DNA of 60,000 nt, from NCBI RefSeq assembly GCF_037042905.1, contig NC_087245.1:37946001-38006000 (forward strand), written 5' to 3'. Positions 14,051 to 25,970 of this stretch are shown piece after piece (the stretch's first letter is position 1; every line of letters starts with the position of its first letter). The position numbers were made by a program, and so were the translations under genes. Under the pieces are notes generated by a model. The model had not been told where the DNA came from, ran no database searches, and saw only the letters and a list, made by a program, of their open reading frames with translations. The stretch comes from Lytechinus pictus. Lineage: Eukaryota.

Positions 14051-14185
14051 GGACAAGGTGGCTCAGTGGTAGAGCACCCGCCTCATGCACGGGAAGTCGT
14101 GGGTTCGATCCCCGGCTGGGCCATTACGAAAGACTGACTTTCTGCCTTCTTGCTATATAGGCGCCCAGCATTTAGAATGGAGAAT
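14051..14185 (+). mobile_element. tRNA-derived SINE in MMP intron 3
   Basis: Pol III A box TGGCTCAGTGG and B box GTTCGATCC with a CAT anticodon-like loop, but broken acceptor and T stems and a non-tRNA tail. Confidence 0.65.
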
Positions 14186-14315
14186 TATAATATAAAACAT
14201 CTTGTTTTACAGGGCCAGCTGGTAGAGCAGTTTTCCAACTGAAGTACCCTGCATGGGTAAATAAAACGTTATTATGATTATTATTATCATTATTATTATT
14301 ATTATGATATCTCAC

Positions 14316-14521
14316 CGTGAAGGCTCGTTCCATGATGCTTTCAACCTGTGCTCGAGGTAAATCCTGGCTATCTCCGATGATGTTCCAAGTTAAATCAGTC
14401 CTATCCCATCTCGACCCCAAGGCAAATCGTTTTCTTCGCATCATGTCGGCGAATGATTCCATGTCTTTCATTCCACAGCGTGGGGTGTTCATAAGGTTCA
14501 TCGAATCCTCGTCAAGGACAC
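14316..14521 (-). CDS. MMP coding exon 3: cysteine switch, furin site, start of catalytic domain
   Basis: TTTGTAG acceptor, GVLDEDSMNLMNTPRCGMKD...MRRKRFALGSRWDRTDLTW...ERAFT, GTGAG donor. 206 nt, phase 1 to 0. Confidence 0.95.
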
Positions 14522-15169
14522 CTACAAACACAAGGTGGCTCAGAGGTCAGTCTTACAGTCTTCCACAATTGAAGGTCATAGGTCCGAACCACGGCTATGT
14601 CATACCACAGATTTAATTCATTTACAAAACAAGACAAGTCATCTTGTAAGTACATGTTTATATATACCGCTATTGAATTGAATTTGAAAATCACATTTAT
14701 TTCCTTCAAACAGATACAAAATAATATTTGACATAGTAACGAATACAGTATATATTTCGACACATATTTGAAGGAGGCGAAACCCGGAAAGCAGACTATT
14801 GACTATTGACTGAAACCATCACCCGTCATTTTATATGTATGTATGTATATACATATACATACATATGTATACATATGCATATATAAGTTGGATTGGAGAA
14901 TAATAGGCCATAAAGTTAAAGGTAAAAATAAACTAACAAGTTTTATTGGATCACACATGACAGATGAGAAGCATGACACACTTAAAATTTCAATAAAATT
15001 GAATGTTAGAATAATAAAAAAGTAATAATATTCTATGTCTTCTTATTTTCACATACACAAAACACATTATTATGTAAACAAATATATGGCGCCACACACC
15101 ATTTCTTTTGGATAGTTTTAAATGTGTTGCTCTAATGTTATGTAACACATTGTTTAATCCACATAATCA

Positions 15170-15550
15170 TTATTATTATTACTTTAGTAGATGTAGAAGT
15201 AGTGGTAGTAGTAGTAGTAGTGGTGGTGGTGGTGGTAGTAGTAGTAGTTGTTGTTGTAGTACTACTACTAGTAGTAGTAGTAGTAATAGTAGTAGAAGTA
15301 GTACTTGTTGTAGAAGTAGTAGTAGTTGTTGTAGTAGTAGTAGAAGTAGTATGAGCAGTAGAAGCAGTAGTAGTATAGTAGTTTTAGTATTATTATTATT
15401 GTTATTATTATTATCATTATTAGTATTAGTAGTATTAGTAGTAGTAGTAGTAGTAGTAGTAGCAGCAGTAGTAGTAATAGCAGTAGCAGTAACAGCAGTA
15501 GTATAGTAGTAGTAGTAGTAGTATTAGTAGAAGAAGTAGTAGCAGTGGTA
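15170..15550. repeat. (AGT)n/(ATT)n microsatellite in MMP intron 2
   Basis: Trinucleotide repeats seen directly. Confidence 0.95.
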
Positions 15551-15623
15551 AACTGATATTTATAACCTGAAAGTAATAAATTTCTTATGAATTTTCAAAT
15601 TGAAATATTTTTACAAATCATAC

Positions 15624-15747
15624 CTGTCATCGACATATTTCCCATCTTTTGGAAATATATTATAGATTTGGTCTTGGTTTCTTCGTCTTTTGGCATCCCA
15701 TTCACCATATCATCTCGCGTGATATAACCATAATTCTCCATGAATTC
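15624..15747 (-). CDS. MMP coding exon 2: pro-domain helices
   Basis: TATACAG acceptor, EFMENYGYITRDDMVNGMPKDEETKTKSIIYFQKMGNMSMT(G) fits the MMP 'YL..YGYL...FQ...L..TG' pattern, GTATGA donor. 124 nt, phase 0 to 1. Confidence 0.9.
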
Positions 15748-16313
15748 CTGTATAAAGAAGATTTAATAAAAACAGTGACGTATAGCGATGGGGAACTTTA
15801 GGGAAAGTTGCTCCCGGTCCATCCCCATCTCGAAATTGAATTATTTTATATACTTCCTCACTTCCATATTGGTCTTGCAGATAAATGATTTTTTTTTCAG
15901 GTTTTGACACTTTGGTGAGATTTAGAGCTTAAACGGCTCTGCTAATTTCGTTTGCTCGCACTATTTTTTCTTCATTTTATTACATTTATTTCCATACTCA
16001 ACAAACCAATATAATTCAAGTAACATGTGCTTTTAAATCTCCTATATCCATGGATATATTTAAACATGATTTCAGAGGAAAGATATGGCATGCAAGGTCG
16101 GAGTGCATGAGAAATCACGTTCAAATAACACTTCAAAACACTTGAAACCAGGATATATGCAATCATAATTTTCTTATGATTGCGTTGTGTTCCAAATCAT
16201 AAGCACACTTATAACATGATCTGTTTCACATTAACATGTCATCTTATTTTGACTGACTCTACTTCAGACAGACCAAGACTGATTGAAGAGAAACCATTTC
16301 TCCTGCTTGTTAA

Positions 16314-16895
16314 AGGTCAAGTCCATCCAAGAAAAATGTTGATTTGAATAAATAGAGAAAAATCAACATAGCATAATGCTGAAAATTTCATCAAAATAAG
16401 AAAGTTATGGCATTTCAAAGTTTCGCTTATTTTTCACAAAACAGTGATATGCGCAACTCGGTGACATGCAAATGAGTCAGTCGATGATGTCCATCACTCA
16501 CTATTTCTTTCGTTTTTTATTGTTTAAATCATACAATATTTCATTTTTTACAGATTTGACACAAAGGACCAACTTGACTGAACCAAAAAGTATTAAACAT
16601 GCCAATTCCACATGTTCAGGGATGAATCAATTGTTTTTTCACTTGACAATGAGGAGAAAATTAGAATATTTCATATAATAAAATACAAAAGAAATAGTGA
16701 GTGGATGACGTCATCAGTCTCCTCATTTGCATACTGACCAAGATGCGCATGTACTGTTTTGTGAAATTAAGCGAAACTTTAAAATGTCTTAACTTTCTTA
16801 TTTTACATCAGATTTTGATGAAATTTTCAGTGTTATGCTTGTTGGATTTTTCTCTTTTTATTCAAGTAAACTTTTTGTTGGAGTAAACTTCTCCT
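16314..16895. mobile_element. TTAA-flanked (T2/Kolobok-like) MITE, family A
   Basis: TTAA-AGGTCAAGTCCA...AAACTTCTCCT-TTAA with long imperfect inverted arms. Related copies at 1-237 and ~49620-50009. Confidence 0.8.
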
Positions 16896-16920
16896 TTAAG
16901 GGTTTCCATATAAGAGTTAA

Positions 16921-17495
16921 AGGGGAATCCGGCCTTGGTCATAAAATTTTGTGTTGGAAAGTAGAAAAATATAAACCAGAATGGTGAAAGTTTGAAAGAA
17001 ATCGGACAAGCAATAAGAAAGTTATGGCTTCTTTAAAATTGAGATCACTAAGACTATGTATATTTCAAATTGGCAACTGGGTGAGTAAATTATGACAAGG
17101 GCAAGGGCAACTTGAAATTAATTATCAGGGATTTGTGGTTTTCTCCTAAGTACCCATCTCCCTGGGGCAGTAATCTAAATATAACCTAGGTAGTATATTG
17201 TTTCATGTCCTCTTGAAATAAAAATATATTTTCAAGTATTTTTTTTTTGGTTAAAAAATTACATGTTAGCCATTTTATGTATTGGAGTACATGGAAGAGT
17301 AGTCCTTGCCTTATATGACATCACATATGCGGTCAATTTTAAGTCACCATGGGTATAGTGATTGCCAATATACAACTCCATACAAATTCATAACTTTCCT
17401 ATTGTTTGTCGTATACTGTTAAAATTTCTACCTATCAGTTAGTCTGATTTTCTGTTTTCTCTACAAACAAGTCTTTATTTGGGTCGGATTCCCCT
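16921..17495. mobile_element. TTAA-flanked MITE, family B
   Basis: TTAA-AGGGGAATCC...GGATTCCCCT. A reverse-orientation copy lies at 34550-35144. Confidence 0.8.
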
Positions 17496-20400
17496 CAACT
17501 GAAAGAAGCACTTCCACTGCTTCATTTCTTTCTCAGAGTCGTTGCACTACAAGTGCGTTATTGGTAAGGTTATGTTTTCATAAGGATCTTATTTTGATAA
17601 TTTGGTGTCCGAAATATGTTTTTTTTTCTTTTAATTGAAAATTGATACGTAAATTAATAACCCCCTCAAAAAATGGATATAAAATAGAATAAATAAGATA
17701 TTAAGTGATAGGTAAAAAACATCTAACAATGAGATATAATAAGAATCATATTAATACAAAGATTAATAGATTAATAATCAAATATTTATTTATTTATTTG
17801 TTTTCTTTATTTCATACTGCAGGGTAGGCCTGTTCAGTTAGGCAAAACTGCTTTCCAAAGGCCCCCTGTAGTTTAACAAATAACTCAACATCATAGAAGT
17901 AAAACAGAATACGTTAGACAATATACATTAATCGTATCATGGAATCGTTATACATCAAGTTATTCAGTGTAAAATAAATATCATAAAATCAATAACGAAC
18001 AAACAAAGCAAATATAAAGTTAGGATTTTTTTGAGGGGGGGGAGAAAAAAATCAATCATACGACTTTTGCGATCGTAGCAATGAGAGCTCTTTGGCATAT
18101 CTTGGCTTTTTTTTATCCGGTTCGGTTTCGAAGAAGCTCGAGGTCTATCTGCTGCGCCGGTTCGGTCACACGGGCGAATCGGACGCTGGGCCGATAGAAA
18201 GTTATTCGTTATAACCAATGACACACCATCGATCGGTTTGGAGTCAGTTTTATTGGTGTAACTGTATGATAACATATCGTGCTTAGAGTGTGTTATATGT
18301 CTTTAATCACAGACGCAATTTTGTTCTTTTACTTGACGCAATTTCTTCCTTAACTTTCTTCCTTTTAATTGTCAAATTAGATCAGTAGCTGCAGTGTTCC
18401 TGCTTCTGTATTACGTAACTTTGTGGGTTCCTACCAAAATCCGATCGGAACCGAAACCCGAGATTGTGACGATGAACAATACATGTTCACATCCGGGGTA
18501 CGTGTTACAATCAAATAAAGATATCTGAGTCCATCGAAAATGTTCCGAATGGACTATTTTCCAGGGCTGTTACGTTTTCAAGCTTTGCTTTTGTGACGAC
18601 CCTTGCAACCATCCTATTTATTGTGTACCAGAAAATACCTCTTAAATTGTTTATTTAGGTATGATATATTTGATGATTTATATACAAAATTATTGTTCAG
18701 TATCTTGATGTCAAATTTTAGATATGTATATGTTCTTGTCCAGATTTTTGTTATGAAAAAATGTTACAAAAACCAATAAATGAAATGAAATAAAATTGAC
18801 ATGATGGGTTGCATGGGTTGCTCAACCAACGACGTTATTCACACATTGAACTAAACGGCGAATTGACTTGACTTCTCTCAGCAATGCAGACTATTCAGCG
18901 GGAAGGACAAGATCCAACCCACTAACTGAGCTGATTTGAATAACAGGAATAAATCTAACAATCATTATTGTGAAAAGTTTCGTCGAATTTGAATGCTAAA
19001 TTAGAATTGTTTCACTGATATAACATTCACATTATACAACTGTATGCATAATTATAATGCAAAAGTATATGCACGGACCGAGTACACTCTCACTATCTCT
19101 GTTATATATAGGATACTTCATTTTTTTGTAGATTTGGCAAGAAAGAAGATCTTGATTGAAATAGAATAGGTTATATCCCAAAGGAATCAAACCATATTTG
19201 TCATTAAGATAAAGGAGAAAACAGATCATTCAGTTCATGAAATTACTAATGAAAAGAGTGAGTTGTTTAAGAATTCATAAAGTTCATACAACGCTGTTTA
19301 CTATAAGAACTTTACAAAAGTTGTTTGAGAGTTTAAACAACCATGCTTATCTTATCGCAGATTAAAATATTAAACTTTGTTGTTTAGGCTTGTTAAGCAA
19401 CTGAATAACGCTGTATAAAATTTAGAAACAGCGTTTTTACCGCATTATAGCTTGAAAAACCACAAATACAGATTTTATACAATATCTTTTAAAAGTAAAT
19501 ACTGGATTTTCAAGCAAGGATTGATTTTAGTGGTATGGTAATGTCAATATCACTTTTCCAATTGGTTGTATGCGCGGAGCGCTTCGCGCATAAAACCAAT
19601 TGGGAAAGTACACCCTATCAATCAATGGGCACAATGCATAAAAATGACAGGGAGAATATATGTAACTATTTGGAAGAAAAAAAAAGTAATAAAAGATCAT
19701 ACATTGCACAACCCAAACGTCAATATATGCTCCATGTATATCAGTAGATATAAAACTTTAATATCTTGGACTAGATACGTTAACAGTTACGACAAACATG
19801 ACAGACGAAAGAAAGTTATCATTACGAGCCAATAAAATCGACAAATAATTTCAATTTTGTAAAGCCTTAAATTTCAGTTTAATGGCCTTAGAATAACATT
19901 CGATCTCCAACTAGGCTTAATTTGGCGTTGAAACAAATTCTCAAAATGAATTAAGAAACAAATTTTATGGCGTTATATATATTTAATTATATAAAACAGC
20001 TTACCAATAGATACTTTGGTTGACTATATGATTTTGCATTTCAAAGTAATTTTTGGAAATCTGTGTTTTGTAATTGTAATTCAAAACCGATCCTTGACAT
20101 TAAGTTTTGAATCGACCAGCAGGTCAATACTTTATCACAGACGACCGGCTGATATTGACCAATTGCACTTTAGTATATACGAACTTTTTAGTAAACCTAT
20201 TTCCGCTTTCCTTATCTCTCAAAATAATGAAATAAATAAGTAGGTAAATAAATAAATGAATAAATAAATGAATGAATGAATAAATAAATAGATGAATACG
20301 CACGTACAAAATGTGGCAAATTACGCCCGTACACAGTAATACGGTAGTAACTTATTAGCTTTTTAATAATGTATATTTTCTTTCTTTCCATTAGACTTAT

Positions 20401-20629
20401 TGAAATGAAAATAAATGAATAAGTTAATCCACGAGTACACATACATTTTGCACATGTGGATTTTCTGATAAATGGAGACTGAACGAATCGTGGGCAGAAA
20501 CTGAACATGATAAACGAAAGACGGACCGAGCAAGATGAAAGACCCACAAAAGCAATTATTATACAGACATTATTTTGATAGAATAAGAAAACTTTTTTTT
20601 CGAAATTATTCAAATCGCGTGTGACATAC

Positions 20630-20722
20630 CCAAATCTGTTGCTGCGTTTCAATTCTTGGTGCTGCCATAGAGAAGGTGGCTGCCAGATAGCAACCGAGTA
20701 AAACGACACACAATCTCCCCAT
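20630..20722 (-). CDS. Matrix metalloproteinase (M10A) coding exon 1: signal peptide
   Basis: ATG at 20722 gives MGRLCVVLLGCYLAATFSMAAPRIETQQQIW, a hydrophobic signal peptide, then a GTATGT donor. 93 nt, phase 0, joins exon 2 in frame. Confidence 0.85.
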
Positions 20723-20798
20723 CTTTCCTTCTCCTTCGCTCCTATTCTGTACAATCAAACTCCTAACAATTAATAGCTTTTTATTAAACAGCCTTCGG

Positions 20799-20910
20799 TT
20801 TATATGGAATCCCTTGATACCTTCCGACAAGCTTTATTCCAGATAAACTTTGTTATGTGTTATATTGTTGATTAAAGAATACCATTTATGGAGTATAGGA
20901 TGCTGATTGG
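20799..20910 (-). promoter_or_regulatory. Candidate MMP core promoter (TATA and CCAAT)
   Basis: On the minus strand, TATAAA at 20804-20799 lies about 80 nt upstream of the ATG and CCAAT at 20910-20906 about 100 nt further up. Motif match only. Confidence 0.5.
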
Positions 20911-21577
20911 GCGTTACTTGTACTTTTTTTTGCACGCAGCACCCTTTGTTTTGTTTTATCCACCATGGTAAGTAAGTATTGCATGTTAATTATATTTTTT
21001 GCACACAGCACTTTTTGTTATGTTTTTTTTTTATTCGTCATGTCCGTGAAGTGACTGTCCAATGCGGTCCAATGATGCACTGGCTACCCGGATGCATTAT
21101 ACCACATTCACGATGACATTGCATTAATAATTTTTATTACTGTAATTAACTATTTCTTAAACCATTCACTGAAGTGGTGTAAATGTACTTGAATTTTCTT
21201 CAAGAACATATATACAAAAGTAATAAAGCATTTGAGGAAATGCAGTTTGTTTCGATTTTGTTTTGAAATTCAATATTATTTTCGTCTTCAGACTCTCATT
21301 CTCTGATCGGCTAAAGGGGTATTACTTTGACAACAGTGTTACAGGTTATTTTGAATGATTTCAATTGTTTCGCTTTCAATGATTTCGCTTTCAGTCTATC
21401 ATACTTTGACGGTGATCAACTGTAATTATCTTTATTACCATAAGGTCATTTCCTCCTTTCGTAGAACGATGGCCCGCACCCGGAAGGAGTATATAGGCCT
21501 ATGCGATTAACTGTCACACCCAGGGCCATCGGAATGATTTTGATAGCTAATGGTACATGATTTGAAATTCTTTGAAA

Positions 21578-21601
21578 TGAGTCATATATATTCACTTCCT
21601 G
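21578..21601. promoter_or_regulatory. Candidate AP-1 plus Ets composite site upstream of the MMP
   Basis: TGAGTCA at 21578-21584 and CACTTCCTG (CAGGAAGTG on minus) at 21593-21601. AP-1/PEA3 pairs are typical of vertebrate MMP promoters. Motif match only. Confidence 0.35.
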
Positions 21602-23899
21602 ATATCGTTACCGTATCCCCTTCTCGCTCATCAATCCCCAAAAAACATACAAAACCATGTTACATCAATAATCAGGGAGTAGCCTGCCAGAATTAAAGAC
21701 CGAGCATGCTTTTATTACCAATGTCTTCTTGCCACATAATCATTTGAAAACTTGAGACAATCAAAATTATCTAAAAACCCGATCAAAATATCAACTTATA
21801 TTATTTTTCATATCTAGAATAAGATTAATTTTGATCTGTCCTATAAACGATATGGAACTCTTTCCTTAAGTTCCATACCCAGACCGATTTCCTAGGGTGA
21901 AAAACCAGAGATAAACTGTATAAGGAAAATGCTCTGGAAAAACCTAATGGAAAATGGCCTTAAAAGAATTCTGGTCAAAAAATGAGCTGAATCGATTTAT
22001 GAACAACAATTTTAACCGTTCTAAATTTTTTTAAATTTTAAAATTATTGTAAGAAGATCTGACAAAACTAGAATGGCTACCACGCTTTTCTCCTTCCCAA
22101 TTATACCTTCCCCGACATTCCTTTCTCCTCAAGCACAATAAACTTCCACCTGCATAAAATATTCAAACCTTCCCGCTTCCGCGGGCTCGTGGCCACTCGC
22201 CACAGAACCTGTTACGTAATCATTCATGAATGTGCATATACAAAATTTTCCTGCTCTACGATGTACCGCAGGAGAATAAATATATCTCACTATAGATAAT
22301 GGGAAAACGAAGCACAAGTTGAAAGTTGTGATATATCAGCTGAAGACGGGATATTTTATTAACCACATCTTTATATTATCTCCAAGGCATATCCCGTTTA
22401 AAAGAAAAGAATAATGCGAGCGCGAAGCGCGAGGTGATTTTATTTTACATATTGATTTGAAAAGGAACATTTTAAGTATTGTTTTATGAGCATGATACAT
22501 ATCTCACCAATTTATTGGTGTGAGCGCTAAAGCAAGCTATTTTTTTTTTTTTTGGGGGGGGATACTGACCTTAAAATTGTAATTTGCAGAAATTTATGAA
22601 CATGATACGTATATATCTCTCTAAATGAATAATAATGGTGCGAAGGGCGAGCTGAAGTTTGGGATATATTATCTGGAAATTTTGTAATCATGAATAGAAA
22701 ACACATCTCCAAAACATGGTTTATGTATATAAATAATGCAAGCGCGAAGCGCGTGCTGAAATATGTGATAATTATATTGACCTGATAACGGTACATTTTT
22801 TTTACTAAGCACATTTTGTAATTGTGATGATGAAACATAATATCTCCGTAACATATCTCATTTAATAAATATTGAGATCGCATAGCATGAGCGAAACAAT
22901 TTTGTTTATTTACTGGAATAAAGCGCTTGTATTGTAAGCATAAATCCAGTTAGGATACCATTTGGTATGGCAGAGAGGGCAGGGTGGCTGTTATTTCGAT
23001 TTCCGTAAAATGGATTAATCCATACGTTCAACAGTCAACCTTGATACCTTAAACCAATAATACATAATACAATTTGGTATATAAGCATGAGAAGGGGGGG
23101 GGTGTCAGATTTCGACCTCTTCAAAATAGTCGTAAACCGTTTTCATGCGAGGGAGCGTAGAGACCGAGCACGAAACTTTTCCACTTGAACCCGTGGATAC
23201 ATCGCATTTCCAACCTGCCATCGGGTAGAGCTGTCAATGGATAATGTGCAGTGGCCCTCACAATACAGGATATTTTTAATACTGTCTTGTATGCAAGCGA
23301 GCGTACCGATCAAGCAAGACAATTTGCAAATGTCAACGTTACGTACCTTTTGTTAACCGTTTTCATGAATATTAATGAGATACTCCGCGTGGATGACAAA
23401 GTCGACGTAATAAACAGAACAGGAACAGTGTAGGACTATACAGAGATCAACACACAGATAGAGAGAGTGACGGTGTCGGCCTCTTAACTAGAGAAGGAGG
23501 GTGTGATCGAGAAATAGAGCAGATAAGATACAAAGAGGAAGAAGGAAATAGGAAAAATTTAAAAAACGGAGAAAATGAGAAGAGAGGGTGAAATGAGGAA
23601 ACAGAAGGTGCGAAAAAGAAGAAGTCGACTTTTTTTTGCTGATTAGATTGATTTTTAATTTGACTATTTTTCGAGAAGATTCTATATTTTCAGCAAATAT
23701 GGATCAGCATACAATTCGGTATGTACCATAATATTTCAGTTATATTACGAAGTACCTGCATGAGAATTTGGGTCATTTTCTCCTTTCCCAATTAATATTT
23801 TCACATTTTATAAGTCATTATTTTACGTCAGAATGTACTTTCAATGCAAATCCATTGTCACATTGAAAATACATTTTATTTTATTTATTTATTTGTCAT

Positions 23900-25680
23900 T
23901 TTTTTAGCAAAATTATTTAACCTTATCTTGTACTCTAGCAAGGTTGCATAGAGACAGGAATTTGATTTTACTCTTCAATGAGCAGAGCTTCTTTAATTTA
24001 GGTTGCCATCGATGACCATAGCTAATTGAAATAGTTACTTTTGTCCAGGGCAGTGGATTTTTCCATGCCGTGCTTGGATAGGTCCCTTTTGTCCCTGGCA
24101 GGGATCCATTCCTTTTGACCAGCTGCTTGGGATAGTTTAGGGCAAGGGTGTGTGTGCAGTAGTTTTCCATTGGGTTTTGGGAGACACCATTTTTAACTTC
24201 GGTGAGCACACAGCGTATGGTTCTGAAGCCAGTAGAGAAATTGCTATTTTTGCTTACCATTCTGAAGGCATATCTCTAGGCTTTTTTTCTTTTGGAGCAG
24301 CCTTATTTTCCAGTTTGTGAGCTGATAATCTTTATTACCTGCATGAGGTCAGAAAGCAGTATTTAAATCATTTTTTAGCCTGTTTTGCTGAAAGTCATCG
24401 GTGAGTGTAAATGACTTTTCCATCCTTAAATTTTGTTATACAAAAAGAAAAAGGAAGAAGAAAAATAACATGTATAATATAATGTGAATTAAGATGTGAT
24501 TTATTGTGATAGTTTTGTAGAAATCAATATACATTTTTTTGGGTTTATAGAGACTTTAATGTTGTTGAAAAGTTACATTTGAAGTTAAAGCTTATACTAG
24601 TTAGTAATCAAATGTTTGAAAAAGTAAGATAAATAAATGAATGAACTTCAGACAAGTTTGAATTGGATTTATAAATGCTATTTACAAGTAAGAGAAGAAA
24701 TATTTGTTTTAGGATATATTGTAGAAAGGGTTTTGGTTTATTTAAATTTTAGATTGTGCCAAGGTGGGACGTAATTCCCTGAGACTTCTGGTCATAGAAG
24801 CCGAGCACTTCCGAAAGTCGCGAAGGACGCAGAGATTCCCCGAGATTCACCGAGAGTAACCGAACAAGAGATACGATTGATTTTGGTGACGTATACACGT
24901 GATTGGTTGTCGAACTGAAGCAGGAATATATGATAGAACTACACGGATGAGAATGATAATCCGATGGACATTAATAGTTCATTTATTTAGAAACCTGATT
25001 TTATAGTGAGAACTCTCGATATATGTTGTTGCTTTTATTTATCTCAGTCCTTGACTGATGTTGGATATAAACACTTGTGTTTGTGGATGGATCAATACAA
25101 GATCCTCACAGTTAATGTTAGTGATGAGATGAGGCAAACGATAGTTCAGAGGAATAAACGACAGTTTTAGAAAAACTCTGATGATAACAGTGAAGTTGAG
25201 ATTATATTTGAATTTATGATGTTCTTGGTGAAATGGTAAACTGCATGGAGTTCGCAGTATTGTTTGAAAATGAAGTGTTTTATAATATGTGATTAGAACA
25301 AAGGGTCGAGAAGCTTTTGACTTTAGTGTTATATTGGTTATATCATATTTGAATGTGAGTCAGGTTATGAGTGGATCAGTACAGGATCCTTCATAGTTAG
25401 AGTGAGTGGTGTTATTGAAAAACAAAACAATTATTTTGATGATATGTTAAAGATAGACAAACTTTGAAACAGGTCGATCAAAGGTACATTCAGTTGTAAA
25501 GATATATATATATATATCAATTTTGGGTGTCTCGAGACAAGGTAAATTTGAAATGGAAATAAGTGATATCTTTTTGAGAATCTACATTGTATTTTTTTTT
25601 GGTCCTGAATTTTATCAGAAAGAAACCATTTTTATTTCTAATTGTAAACCAACAAAATTATACTGAAATAAATTGTAAAT
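23900..25680 (-). mobile_element. Possible heavily decayed non-LTR (CR1/L2-like) retrotransposon remnant
   Basis: Minus-strand fragments in different frames (LLQKK..., AFRMVSKNSNF, LLASEP) loosely resemble the CR1 RT C-terminal LQKRAIRII.NS...HSEP. Many stops and frameshifts. Confidence 0.3.
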
Positions 25681-25799
25681 AATATCATACTGAATGGCAC
25701 AAGTTTTTTATTTGAGTATATCCATGTGACATCCATATCGGATTGATTTTTATATGTGTAATTCCAATGGGGTTTGGATGGGGGGGGGGGGCAGGGTAG

Positions 25800-25970
25800 A
25801 CCGAAAAATCAGCCGGTCAGGGATATGCTCAGCTGTTTTCGGTCAGGTGTATATTTTATTTATTTATTTCCGGTCAGGTATATTATTTTTCGGACAGGGA
25901 TATGTTTTATTATTTATTTTTTCGGTCAGGGATATTTTTTATTTATTTGTTTCTTCGGTCAGGGATATGC
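25800..25970. repeat. Short tandem array of ~20-35 bp units
   Basis: About six copies of CGG(T/A)CAGG(G/T)ATAT separated by T-rich spacers. Confidence 0.8.

Noticed and set aside
14051..14123. Apparent tRNA-Met(CAT) gene
   Set aside because: The acceptor stem does not pair, the T and anticodon stems have mismatches, and a SINE-like tail follows with no clean poly-T terminator. Treated as a SINE head.
15108..15506. 132 aa Ser/Val/Leu-rich ORF
   Set aside because: Translation of an (AGT)n microsatellite inside an MMP intron.
20630..20722. Naming the MMP as hatching enzyme or a specific vertebrate orthologue
   Set aside because: The sequence supports only M10A family membership. Orthology needs a phylogeny.
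25800..25970. Repeat-spacer-like array resembling CRISPR
   Set aside because: The spacers are short T-rich low-complexity runs, the repeats are degenerate, there are no cas genes, and the context is eukaryotic.
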